Shown piece after piece: positions 10,648 through 19,084 of a stretch of 64,000 nt of DNA (positions are counted from its first letter, which is position 1; each line of letters starts with the position of its first letter). This DNA comes from Verrucomicrobiota bacterium (GTDB lineage Bacteria > Verrucomicrobiota > Verrucomicrobiia > Opitutales > Cerasicoccaceae). Below the pieces are notes generated by a model. The model saw nothing but the letters and a program-made list of their open reading frames with translations, had not been told where the DNA came from and ran no database searches. The DNA lies in assembly GCA_039818205.1 (NCBI GenBank), contig JBCBUK010000018.1, positions 13,267-77,266 on the forward strand. The letters are read 5' to 3'. The translations under genes and the position numbers were made by a program.

Positions 10648-10700
10648 TTGACAGTCGCGAAAAGTTAATCTTTAGTATTTTACCTAACTTAGTAAGGATT
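10648..10700 (+). promoter_or_regulatory. Candidate cysH promoter with overlapping inverted repeat
   Basis: TTGACA at 10648; AATCTTTAGTA (10667-10677) and TAGTAAGGATT (10690-10700) form a 9/11 inverted repeat. Confidence 0.4.
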
Positions 10701-10725
10701 TGTAAATTACCGCGACAGATAGAGC

Positions 10726-11445
10726 ATGTTGACAGAATTGGAAGACTTGCAAGCGATTAACCATCGCCTCGAAAATGCAACCGCGCACGCCCGAGTGGAG
10801 TGGGCGCAGGAGCACTTTGGTGAGCAGTTGGTGATGAGCACCAGTTTTGGCGTTCAGTCAGCTGCGCTGTTGCACCTGGCCAACACCGTTTCGCCCGGGT
10901 TGCCAGTCATTTTCGTCGATACCGGCTATCTCTTTCCAGAAACCTATCAATTTGCTGCCCGCTTGAGCGAAGACCTCAATCTGAACCTCAAGATTTACAG
11001 CCCACTGCGAACCGCAGCCTGGCAGGAGGCTCTATACGGAAAACGCTGGGAACAAGGTGTTGAAGAACTCGAAACCTACAATTTGGAGAACAAAGTCGAG
11101 CCAATGAATCGGGCACTCATCGAGCTCGAAGCCATTGGTTGGATGAGTGGTTTGCGCCGTGTCCAATCGTCGTCCCGCAAGCATCTGCGCCCGGTCGAAC
11201 GCCAAAACAAGACTTTCAAAGTTCACCCACTGATCGACTGGAATGATCGCGATATCTATCAGTATCTTGCCAGCAACAACCTACCCTACCATCCGCTGTG
11301 GGATGAAGGTTACGTATCTGTGGGCGACGTTCACAGCACCTCGAAGCTGGCCCCAGGAATGAACGCGGAAGACACCCGGTTCAACGGGGTGAAGCGAGAG
11401 TGCGGACTCCACGAAGTCAGCAACCGCGTAGACTTCCAAATTTAA
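10726..11445 (+). CDS. cysH: Phosphoadenylyl-sulfate (PAPS) reductase
   Basis: [37 protein letters not shown]-terminal ECGLH; no Fe-S Cys pair. Confidence 0.93.
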   Translation: MLTELEDLQAINHRLENATAHARVEWAQEHFGEQLVMSTSFGVQSAALLHLANTVSPGLPVIFVDTGYLFPETYQFAARLSEDLNLNLKIYSPLRTAAWQEALYGKRWEQGVEELETYNLENKVEPMNRALIELEAIGWMSGLRRVQSSSRKHLRPVERQNKTFKVHPLIDWNDRDIYQYLASNNLPYHPLWDEGYVSVGDVHSTSKLAPGMNAEDTRFNGVKRECGLHEVSNRVDFQI

Positions 11446-11475
11446 CCGGGGTCCGTATCTGCAAGGCGAGCTGCC

Positions 11476-11892
11476 ATGGAAAAATCATCAGAAAAGCCTG
11501 AGAAAATTTTCCGACCAAGCAGAGGAGCTTTTTTGTGGATCGGCTTGGTCATCGCCTTTTCTGCAATTACGAGTGTGATCCTTTTGGTGACCGACCCAGG
11601 CTCATGGGTCGCAATTGCATTTTACGTCTTCACGATTTTTGGAATCGGTGGCGCGATTGAGCTCAAGAAAACGACCCTAATCCTCTACCCGTCATCCTTA
11701 TACTTTAGCAGCGAGTTTAAAAAACGACGGATCGCAAAGAATGAAATCGACCGCGTGACCTGGGAGAAGGGATGCGATCCGGCCATCCAGCTCAAAGATG
11801 GCAGCTGGGTAAAGATTCCAACCGTCGGATCCACCAACCAGGGCATTTGCCAGTCCATTAGAGCCTGGCTGAAGAGAGAACCGAATGCATGA
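11476..11892 (+). CDS. Hypothetical membrane protein (two TM helices plus a small beta-rich domain, possibly bacterial PH-like)
   Basis: Two hydrophobic segments followed by a beta-rich soluble region. Confidence 0.6.
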   Translation: MEKSSEKPEKIFRPSRGAFLWIGLVIAFSAITSVILLVTDPGSWVAIAFYVFTIFGIGGAIELKKTTLILYPSSLYFSSEFKKRRIAKNEIDRVTWEKGCDPAIQLKDGSWVKIPTVGSTNQGICQSIRAWLKREPNA

Positions 11893-12126
11893 CGCGCTTC
11901 AACTAGGCGACGTTCCAGGCGAGCATGTGTTAACCGATCAAATCAAATCGACAGGGTGCGAAACAAGGCGATGGGCAAGAATTCCCAGAATATCGAGCCG
12001 CTCCGTGCCAACCTTTTCGACTCGTTTGCTCCAATTAACAAACGGCACCAAAAGAACAATCATCGGCAGCAGCCGAGTGCGGATCGTTGGCGATTACACA
12101 AACGTCTCCACCAAGTGGTCATCCGA

Positions 12127-12621
12127 CTAAAATACCAGCGCATTCAATTCTTCCTGAATGCGGATGAGCGATTCCGGATCGGGATCTTTGGATTGCACTT
12201 GGTATTCTTGCTTGGAGCGGACGTGCAGATAGGGCTGCATGCCATTAACCGGTCGCCCCTGGCTGCGTAAGATACGTTTTCGCTCGAGCATCAGACCGAG
12301 GACTTGCTTGAATAGCTCACGGTCTTCCGCAACTTCAGCGCTGTTTTCTTCGAACAGTGACAGGAAAAGTTCTTCGGTGGTTGCCAAGGCGTGGGCGCGG
12401 GCTTCTTTTTCTTCCTCGCCGCGCGGCTTCACCTCACGTCCCCATCGGCCCAGCACGGCTTCCGGCCGGGGAAACTCATCGACCTTGGATTCTGCAATGT
12501 CTGCCCGTTGAAGTTGACCTTCATCATCGCGATAGAGAAAGCACACAACGCTGTCTCCGATCTCAAAAGGCTGTTCGGAAACTGCGCATTCACGCGCCAG
12601 GGGTTTGATCTGCCAATCCAT
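12127..12621 (-). CDS. Hypothetical protein
   Basis: Protein-like ORF starting MDWQIKPLARECAVS; LMLERKRIL segment; start chosen at ATG 12621. Confidence 0.7.
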   Translation of the reverse strand: MDWQIKPLARECAVSEQPFEIGDSVVCFLYRDDEGQLQRADIAESKVDEFPRPEAVLGRWGREVKPRGEEEKEARAHALATTEELFLSLFEENSAEVAEDRELFKQVLGLMLERKRILRSQGRPVNGMQPYLHVRSKQEYQVQSKDPDPESLIRIQEELNALVF

Positions 12622-12948
12622 GTCGCCCTGTAATTCAGTTTGTTGCGAGCAAGGCGGCAAGGAAATTTGGCCTGCGGCCATCGTCGCCACCAGGATTATC
12701 GAGCTCTCCCAGGATGATCATCATTAGAAGCGGAGCCGCTACAGAAGTGACTCGCCGGGGTTCTCAACCGATAAACCGCCGGAAGGCTCTGTGAATAACT
12801 GGCTGTAAACTAATGAGACAAAAAAACTTACACTATTCCCAATCGTTTGTGGATCGCTTTTTCTTGCTCAAGGTCAGACCGAAATAGAGAATCAACGGCT
12901 TCACATATTTATATTTCCATTCAATCCGTCCTGAAAGAATCACGCTAA

Positions 12949-13638
12949 ATGCACCCAGGTAAAATCTTCGCCATCGGCGACGTCCATGGCTGTAACCAAG
13001 AGCTCGAAGACCTCCTGAACCACCTCAATCTGGGGATCCATGATATGGTGGTCTTTGTGGGCGACTTGGTCAACCGAGGGCCGGACTCGGCTGCGGTGCT
13101 GGAAATTGCGCGAAACCTCCCCGGAGCCTACTGTCTGCTGGGAAATCATGAGCTGCGCCTGATGCGTTTTCATGAGACTGGGGATGAATCCCTGCTCAAG
13201 GACTACGATTGGCAGACACTTCCCCAGCTCACGGATCGTGATTGGCGCTTCATGCGCGACTTCCACCTAAACCTGCATTTTCCGGGCCTCAAAACGGTGG
13301 TGGTCCATGGGGGATTTCTCCCGAACAAGCCTTGGGACGAGCAATCGGCTGACGTGGTAACGCAGATTCAGGTTTACAATCCGAAAACCCGGAAATGGGG
13401 CAAACGATCCGAAGTCCCCAATGGGCAAACCTGGATGAAGTTCTGGAAAGGGCCCCCGTTTGTGGTTACGGGCCACACCCCGCGCAGCAAGGTCGTTCGC
13501 TCCAAATGGTCAATCTGTATTGATACGGGCTGCGTCTACGGTGGAAAACTAACGGCCTTCGAGCTGACCGAAAACAAAATTTACCAGGTCGACGCACACG
13601 AGGTGTACGTCAACAAGACCTTATCCGGAGTGGTTTAA
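12949..13638 (+). CDS. PPP-family metallophosphoesterase (ApaH/PrpE-like)
   Basis: GDVHG, GDLVNRG, GNHE, GHTP, IDTGCVYGGKLT. Confidence 0.9.
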   Translation: MHPGKIFAIGDVHGCNQELEDLLNHLNLGIHDMVVFVGDLVNRGPDSAAVLEIARNLPGAYCLLGNHELRLMRFHETGDESLLKDYDWQTLPQLTDRDWRFMRDFHLNLHFPGLKTVVVHGGFLPNKPWDEQSADVVTQIQVYNPKTRKWGKRSEVPNGQTWMKFWKGPPFVVTGHTPRSKVVRSKWSICIDTGCVYGGKLTAFELTENKIYQVDAHEVYVNKTLSGVV

Positions 13639-13700
13639 TCGCGTCGATCGCTCGATATCGCATTTGACGCCGGGAACTCTGGGGCCTAAACAAGCTCCCC

Positions 13701-14261
13701 GTGAATGCTCAATCCGCACCACCGCTGCCACTAGCACTTTTGCTGGTCGATCTTCAGCCAAGCTTCCTTCAGGTAATTCCCGAAGGGCAGTCCATTTTGC
13801 GACGCGCACAATTCGCGGCGGAGACCGCGAAGATCTTGGGAATATCGGTCGCAATAACCGAGCAGGTACCAGAAAAGCTGGGGCCCACGGCCAACGAGCT
13901 AACGGAGTCGGCTCCCGAAGCGCCGGTCTTCAGCAAAACGGCCTTCTCAGCACTGGGCGCAGACGGCTTGATCCAATGGCTCAAGGACCGCAACGTGCAG
14001 CACCTATTGATCGCAGGTATCGAGACACCGGTTTGCATATACCAAACTGCGGTTCAGGCGATGGCCGAGTCTTTCGATGTCACCCTGCTCACCGATGCCA
14101 TCGGCGAACGCCGTATTGGCGACCGCGACCCGGCCATGAATACACTGCGCCATGCTGGGGCTCACATGCTGCCGAGCGAGACGGTTTTTTATTCGATTTT
14201 AGGAGATGCCCAGCATCCCCAGTTCAAGGCCTATACGCAGCTCGTCAAACAGTTCGGTTAG
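13701..14261 (+). CDS. Isochorismatase family hydrolase
   Basis: LLVDLQ, TEQVPEKLG, KTAFSA, GIETPVC (Asp-Lys-Cys triad). Confidence 0.88.
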   Translation: MNAQSAPPLPLALLLVDLQPSFLQVIPEGQSILRRAQFAAETAKILGISVAITEQVPEKLGPTANELTESAPEAPVFSKTAFSALGADGLIQWLKDRNVQHLLIAGIETPVCIYQTAVQAMAESFDVTLLTDAIGERRIGDRDPAMNTLRHAGAHMLPSETVFYSILGDAQHPQFKAYTQLVKQFG

Positions 14262-14291
14262 TCTTTGGAAATCGTCATCGATCCGTAAGTC

Positions 14292-15674
14292 ATGCCTCAG
14301 TCCGACCAAGCATTTCCGGAAAGCCCAATGTCCGCTGACGAATATGCGATCGACGACCTGATCCGGTTTGCGGACACGAATTCGCTCGGCGCCGTCGACA
14401 GTGAAAAACTGGCCCGAACCTCGCCCTACACCGTTGCGAAATTCCTGGAGCGGATCCCGGTCGACGATCGTCGGATTTTGTTGCGCCTACTCGAGATTGA
14501 AGAGGCCGCTGACGTGCTGGCGGAAATGGATACCGAAGATGCGGCGGACGTCCTCGAGAAGATGCGGCAGCCCCGCGCAATTCAGGTCATCGAAGCACTG
14601 GACCCCGATGATAGCGCGGATATCTTCAGCGACCTCGAGATTGAAGATCAGACGCGCCTGTTGAGCGGTGTCGACCCAGAGACTGCGGAGACGGTTCGCA
14701 CGCTCATCAGCTACCCAGAGGATTCAGCCGGGGGTATCATGACGACGGATGTCGCCACGGTTTCCAAGGACGTTACCGTACGGGAAGCCGTCGACCACCT
14801 ACACACCCTCAATGATGAATTTGAACACATCTACTACGTCTATGTAACTGACGACGAGGAGTGCCTTATCGGGACCGTGTCCATGCGTGATCTGGTCATG
14901 GCCAAGACCAATGATATTATTGGCGACATCATGAAAACGGAGCTCCGGGGAGTGGTGAACGTCAAGATGGATCAGGAGCACGTTGCCCTGGAAATGGCGC
15001 AGCACAACTTCCACGCCCTACCGGTTGTCGATGATAACAACCACCTGCTCGGCATCATCACAGATGACGACATCATCGACATCATCAACAAGGAGGCCAC
15101 GGAGGACTTTCAGAAAATCTTAGGTGCTGGCGGTGACGAATCCATTACGGACCCGATTACGGAGAGCATTCGACGCCGAAGCCCTTGGCTGCTTGTAAAC
15201 CTCGTTTCCGCATTCATGGCTGGGGGCGTCATCTCTCTCTTCGAGGAGCAAATCAGCCACCTGACTTTATTGGCGGTTTGCATGCCGATTGTGGCCAGTC
15301 TGGGCGGGAATGCAGGCGGACAAACCCTCGCCATTGTCATCCGCACCCTAGCGCTCGGTGGACTAGAGGACAAGGATTCCAAGCAGGTGCTGGTGCGTGA
15401 GGCCATCAAGGCAGCAATCAGCGGAATTATGATTGGGGTCTTGGCCGCGACGACCGTGGGCATTCTAACCGGCCAATGGGATGTCTCGGGTGTTATCTTG
15501 GCAGCCATGATCATCTCAATGACCTATGCCGGACTGGCGGGGGCCTTGATACCCATCACTTTAAAGAAGATGAAGCTCGATCCTGCCCAGAGCAGCCAGA
15601 TGTTTCTAACTGCATCGACGGATATCGTGGGTTTTGCCGTATTCCTTGGACTTGGAAGCTGGTTGCTGCTATAG
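14292..15674 (+). CDS. mgtE: Magnesium transporter MgtE
   Basis: Acidic N-domain, YPEDSAGGIMT, CBS pair, PWLLVNL, GGNAGGQ, DPAQSS, TDIVG TM motifs. Confidence 0.93.
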   Translation: MPQSDQAFPESPMSADEYAIDDLIRFADTNSLGAVDSEKLARTSPYTVAKFLERIPVDDRRILLRLLEIEEAADVLAEMDTEDAADVLEKMRQPRAIQVIEALDPDDSADIFSDLEIEDQTRLLSGVDPETAETVRTLISYPEDSAGGIMTTDVATVSKDVTVREAVDHLHTLNDEFEHIYYVYVTDDEECLIGTVSMRDLVMAKTNDIIGDIMKTELRGVVNVKMDQEHVALEMAQHNFHALPVVDDNNHLLGIITDDDIIDIINKEATEDFQKILGAGGDESITDPITESIRRRSPWLLVNLVSAFMAGGVISLFEEQISHLTLLAVCMPIVASLGGNAGGQTLAIVIRTLALGGLEDKDSKQVLVREAIKAAISGIMIGVLAATTVGILTGQWDVSGVILAAMIISMTYAGLAGALIPITLKKMKLDPAQSSQMFLTASTDIVGFAVFLGLGSWLLL

Positions 15675-15753
15675 ATTTGCTACGGTCAAGCACGTCCGCG
15701 CGGATTCCAAAATCAATATTTTCTTTGACGATTCGGTTCCGGTTCAAATAGCC

Positions 15754-16164
15754 ATGAAATCCATACCTCTCATCGCCTTTTGCCTCGCCGCTTTTGTTTC
15801 CCTGGTCGGGTGTCGCCCCGAGCAATCGGTCACTTCCGAGCAACCAAAAAGCGTCGAGGAACCAACAGTTGCTCATCCGTTCCTCCAGGACGTTGAGGAA
15901 GGAAAATTTGTAATCCTCAACCTTGGCGCTCCTTGGTGCCCACCCTGTGTGATCATGGACCCGCTGGTCGACGAACTTGGAACCCAAGCTGGTGCCGTCG
16001 TCCACAAGGTCAATATAGATAACTATCCGGAGATCGCCGTGCAGTACAACGCCGAAATATTGCCGATAATCCTCCTGTTCAAGGATAGCGTGCTCGTAGG
16101 CCGGTTAGAGGGACTAAAATCGAAAGAAGATCTCAAGGAGGCATTTATGCCGGGTTCAAACTGA
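15754..16164 (+). CDS. Thioredoxin-family lipoprotein
   Basis: Lipoprotein signal (SLVGC) and WCPPC active site. Confidence 0.82.
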   Translation: MKSIPLIAFCLAAFVSLVGCRPEQSVTSEQPKSVEEPTVAHPFLQDVEEGKFVILNLGAPWCPPCVIMDPLVDELGTQAGAVVHKVNIDNYPEIAVQYNAEILPIILLFKDSVLVGRLEGLKSKEDLKEAFMPGSN

Positions 16165-16273
16165 GCAAATTTCGTCACGAGCCGCAGAAAGGGCCGAGTA
16201 CAATTATACTATTTTTCCCCTTACTGTCATTGATGACTTGCAACTCGCAACGGCAAGCGTTCGACTATTGATC

Positions 16274-16906
16274 ATGTCGAACCAGAAGCCGAGACCCGTG
16301 TCTTTCCGCGAGCAGCGGATGATGGACCGGCAACAGAAGTCGTCACAGTCTAACGCTGGGGCGTACATTGCTGCGGCTGTGGTGATGCTGATGGTCATTG
16401 TTGGCATCGCGGCATATGTCGTTTTCGGGCGACACGGTGTGCAGTCGTTCAGCGACTTTGAGCTTCCGAGCCTAGAAATCCCCCAAGCAAACTCGCCGCA
16501 AAAATTGCCATTACCCCGCAATGGGATGTCCTTTGTAATGTTCGATGATTTTGGAGCGATCCCCGTACGCATGACAAATCGATCCGACAAGCATCATGCG
16601 CTGATAAAATTCCAAGACCTCAAGACAGACAGTTTAGTCGCTAAAGTCTTCCTCCATGCCGGACAAGAGGCGCAGCTAAAGATGCCGGGCGGGCGATACA
16701 AAGTTAAAATTGCCTCTGGTATCGACTGGTATGGCGAACCGCATCTGTTTGGGCGGCAGACGCAGATCACCGGGCTGCGAACTGCATTGGAAATTGTCGA
16801 TTCACCCGACTACGAGTATATTATCAATCCCTGGCTTGAGGTAAACATAATGAACCCCTCCTTCAACGAGCGAGATAGCGTAAATTTATCAAAAAACAGT
16901 TGGTAA
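16274..16906 (+). CDS. Hypothetical single-pass membrane protein
   Basis: Basic N-terminus, one TM helix, beta-rich C-terminal domain. Confidence 0.7.
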   Translation: MSNQKPRPVSFREQRMMDRQQKSSQSNAGAYIAAAVVMLMVIVGIAAYVVFGRHGVQSFSDFELPSLEIPQANSPQKLPLPRNGMSFVMFDDFGAIPVRMTNRSDKHHALIKFQDLKTDSLVAKVFLHAGQEAQLKMPGGRYKVKIASGIDWYGEPHLFGRQTQITGLRTALEIVDSPDYEYIINPWLEVNIMNPSFNERDSVNLSKNSW

Positions 16907-17052
16907 AAACTACGGCGGCGAGGAACTTGCCCGGGAATCCACTGTCTTTGCGCATCACGGGAAAATGTGCCCCAACATCAGCCCTTACCTCATTGCCAAG
17001 CAACGGGTAAGCACTAGAATTCTGTGATAAAACATTAACTTTGTTTTCGCCA

Positions 17053-17466
17053 ATGACCACACGCCCGATTCTTTTTGCAATGTTGATCGCTTTGGCCAGC
17101 CCAATGGCTAATGCTGCGACCGCTGGGGAGGTGGTGACGTTTGATCGATTCGTCATCGACCCAGAGGAGCTATTTTTTGAGGAAGATAAACGCATCCGCC
17201 CGGACAAAACTTTTATCAATCTCCGAAATTTCCGAGCCATGAGCAATCCCAATGGCGACCGATTTGCCTTGGTTACAGTTCAAAATCAACTGAACAGCAA
17301 GCTCATCCTCGACTCTGAGGAGTTTGTCGGCGTCCTTGCTGATGGCACTCACCGCTACCCTCGCGAAATTGACATAAGCTTGGACGCTGCGCGGACTCGC
17401 ACGTTCGTTTTGGACTTTGGTAATTCTCGATTCCCACTTGTCAAAGTGATCATCGAGAACGGCTAG
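17053..17466 (+). CDS. Hypothetical secreted protein
   Basis: Sec-type signal peptide (...ASPMANA) then a beta-rich domain. Confidence 0.65.
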   Translation: MTTRPILFAMLIALASPMANAATAGEVVTFDRFVIDPEELFFEEDKRIRPDKTFINLRNFRAMSNPNGDRFALVTVQNQLNSKLILDSEEFVGVLADGTHRYPREIDISLDAARTRTFVLDFGNSRFPLVKVIIENG

Positions 17467-17471
17467 TTCAA

Positions 17472-18209
17472 TCAGTCCTCGTCGTCCCCGGCCAACTCCT
17501 CAACTAAGCTTGAGGCCACCTGAACGGTAGCAGCCATTTGATTTGCTAACCGATTTCTCATTACGAAGTAGAATATCATCGCGGGGATGCCAATCGCCAG
17601 ACCCGTAGCGGTCGTGATCAACGCTTCACCAATATCACCCGCCAGCAGTTCCGGTCGCCCCATACCACCGCCAGAAATCGTTTGAAAGGCACCAATCATC
17701 CCGCTCACAGTTCCGAGCAAACCAATCATTGGGGAAATGGTGGCAACGACATTCAAGTAGTTTACCCATTGGGCCAGCGAGCTCTCTTCGAGCTCAAGTC
17801 CCTCGACTAAAACCGCTTCCACCTTCGGCCGATTGGCGTTTGCTAGATCGGGCCGAGCCTTGTCCAATGCTGGAGCCATTGTCCGGGACAGCACGGTATC
17901 GAATTCCGACAATACCTCATTGGCCTCACCCGTATCGCGCTTTCTCAGGAGTTCTTTGAGTTCATCGATCACCGATTCCGGAAAAAACTTCTTTCGCTCG
18001 GTCTCCTGCCAGCAATAGAAGACGAGGAAGAGCATAAATACCGAGCAAATGGCTAGGGGAACCATGGTCCACCCACCTTCATAAATCAGTCGAAAAAGGC
18101 TTTTTCCTTGAGTCACCTCACTGGCACTCTGCCCATACAACCACGTAGAGGGAAAAAGCAAAATGCTTAGACCAATGGTTCGCAATGAGAGTGGAACTAG
18201 GCGCATCAT
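17472..18209 (-). CDS. MotA/TolQ/ExbB proton channel family protein
   Basis: GGWTMVPL, SPMIGLLGTVSGMI, IGEALITTATGL. Confidence 0.9.
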   Translation of the reverse strand: MMRLVPLSLRTIGLSILLFPSTWLYGQSASEVTQGKSLFRLIYEGGWTMVPLAICSVFMLFLVFYCWQETERKKFFPESVIDELKELLRKRDTGEANEVLSEFDTVLSRTMAPALDKARPDLANANRPKVEAVLVEGLELEESSLAQWVNYLNVVATISPMIGLLGTVSGMIGAFQTISGGGMGRPELLAGDIGEALITTATGLAIGIPAMIFYFVMRNRLANQMAATVQVASSLVEELAGDDED

Positions 18210-18226
18210 AATCTCGGTTCTCGATT

Positions 18227-19084
18227 TCAGTCAAAGATCGATAGATCCTGTGGCTGTTGATAATTAGCAAGTTCGGGAATATCCGGCCAGTCAAGCCCAC
18301 GATCAACCATTTCTTGCCTTAGAACAGATTCATGCTCGTATTCCGTGAGCTCAACACAGGAGGCAATCGCATAGGCATAACAAGCATCGAGGCGCTCATG
18401 GGACTTCGATAACACAATCGGCTCTAAGGCATTCCAAAGTGCGGTGTCAAAGCGGCGACGTTCAAAGGAAAGCTGAGCCAGGAAATAGTAGGCATCACTC
18501 GGCACGTTCTGGCCCTGCCGCGCCTCAGCCCAGCCAACTGCGAACGCATAACAATCATCAAACCGCTCACGCTCATAAGACCAACGCAACAGCAACTCAT
18601 ATACTCTGTCTTGCAAAGCTGAATCACTCACCTGTGGCAAAATGGACTTGGCAATCTGCAATGCCATGAGGGGGTCGCCATCCTCATCGAGCAGTCTCGC
18701 ATACTCAACGAACGCGGCTAATTCTCGGTCACTAAGCAGACGCAGATAGGGTGAACGCTGCGCATAAAGCGCACTCAAAAGAGACTGCAAATCGTCTCTC
18801 GATTTAGCACCCGGCCCCCAGGCAATCTCGGAAAGAAGTTCATCTCCAGGGAACTGCAGGCGCTCGATATCATCCAAATCCACTTGATACTCTAGAGTTC
18901 CCCCACCCTGCTCGACAACGAACACTAACTGGCCATTATTGATTCCATTTACCCTCCCCGTAAGGGGCGACCGATTCTTCAAAATGAGCGTTTGCTCACC
19001 ACCCGGCAGAACTCGTTCCCCACCATCGGCGCACAAATCCACACCAACGCACGCCAGCAAGAGCCAAACACAAAAGCGGATCAT
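18227..19084 (-). CDS. Hypothetical secreted protein with helical (TPR-like) C-terminus
   Basis: Signal peptide; 4-bp overlap with the upstream TPR gene. Confidence 0.7.
   Translation of the reverse strand: MIRFCVWLLLACVGVDLCADGGERVLPGGEQTLILKNRSPLTGRVNGINNGQLVFVVEQGGGTLEYQVDLDDIERLQFPGDELLSEIAWGPGAKSRDDLQSLLSALYAQRSPYLRLLSDRELAAFVEYARLLDEDGDPLMALQIAKSILPQVSDSALQDRVYELLLRWSYERERFDDCYAFAVGWAEARQGQNVPSDAYYFLAQLSFERRRFDTALWNALEPIVLSKSHERLDACYAYAIASCVELTEYEHESVLRQEMVDRGLDWPDIPELANYQQPQDLSIFD

Noticed and set aside
11885..12270. Short ORFs between the membrane protein and the convergent hypothetical gene
   Set aside because: No motifs, atypical composition, and overlap with better-supported genes
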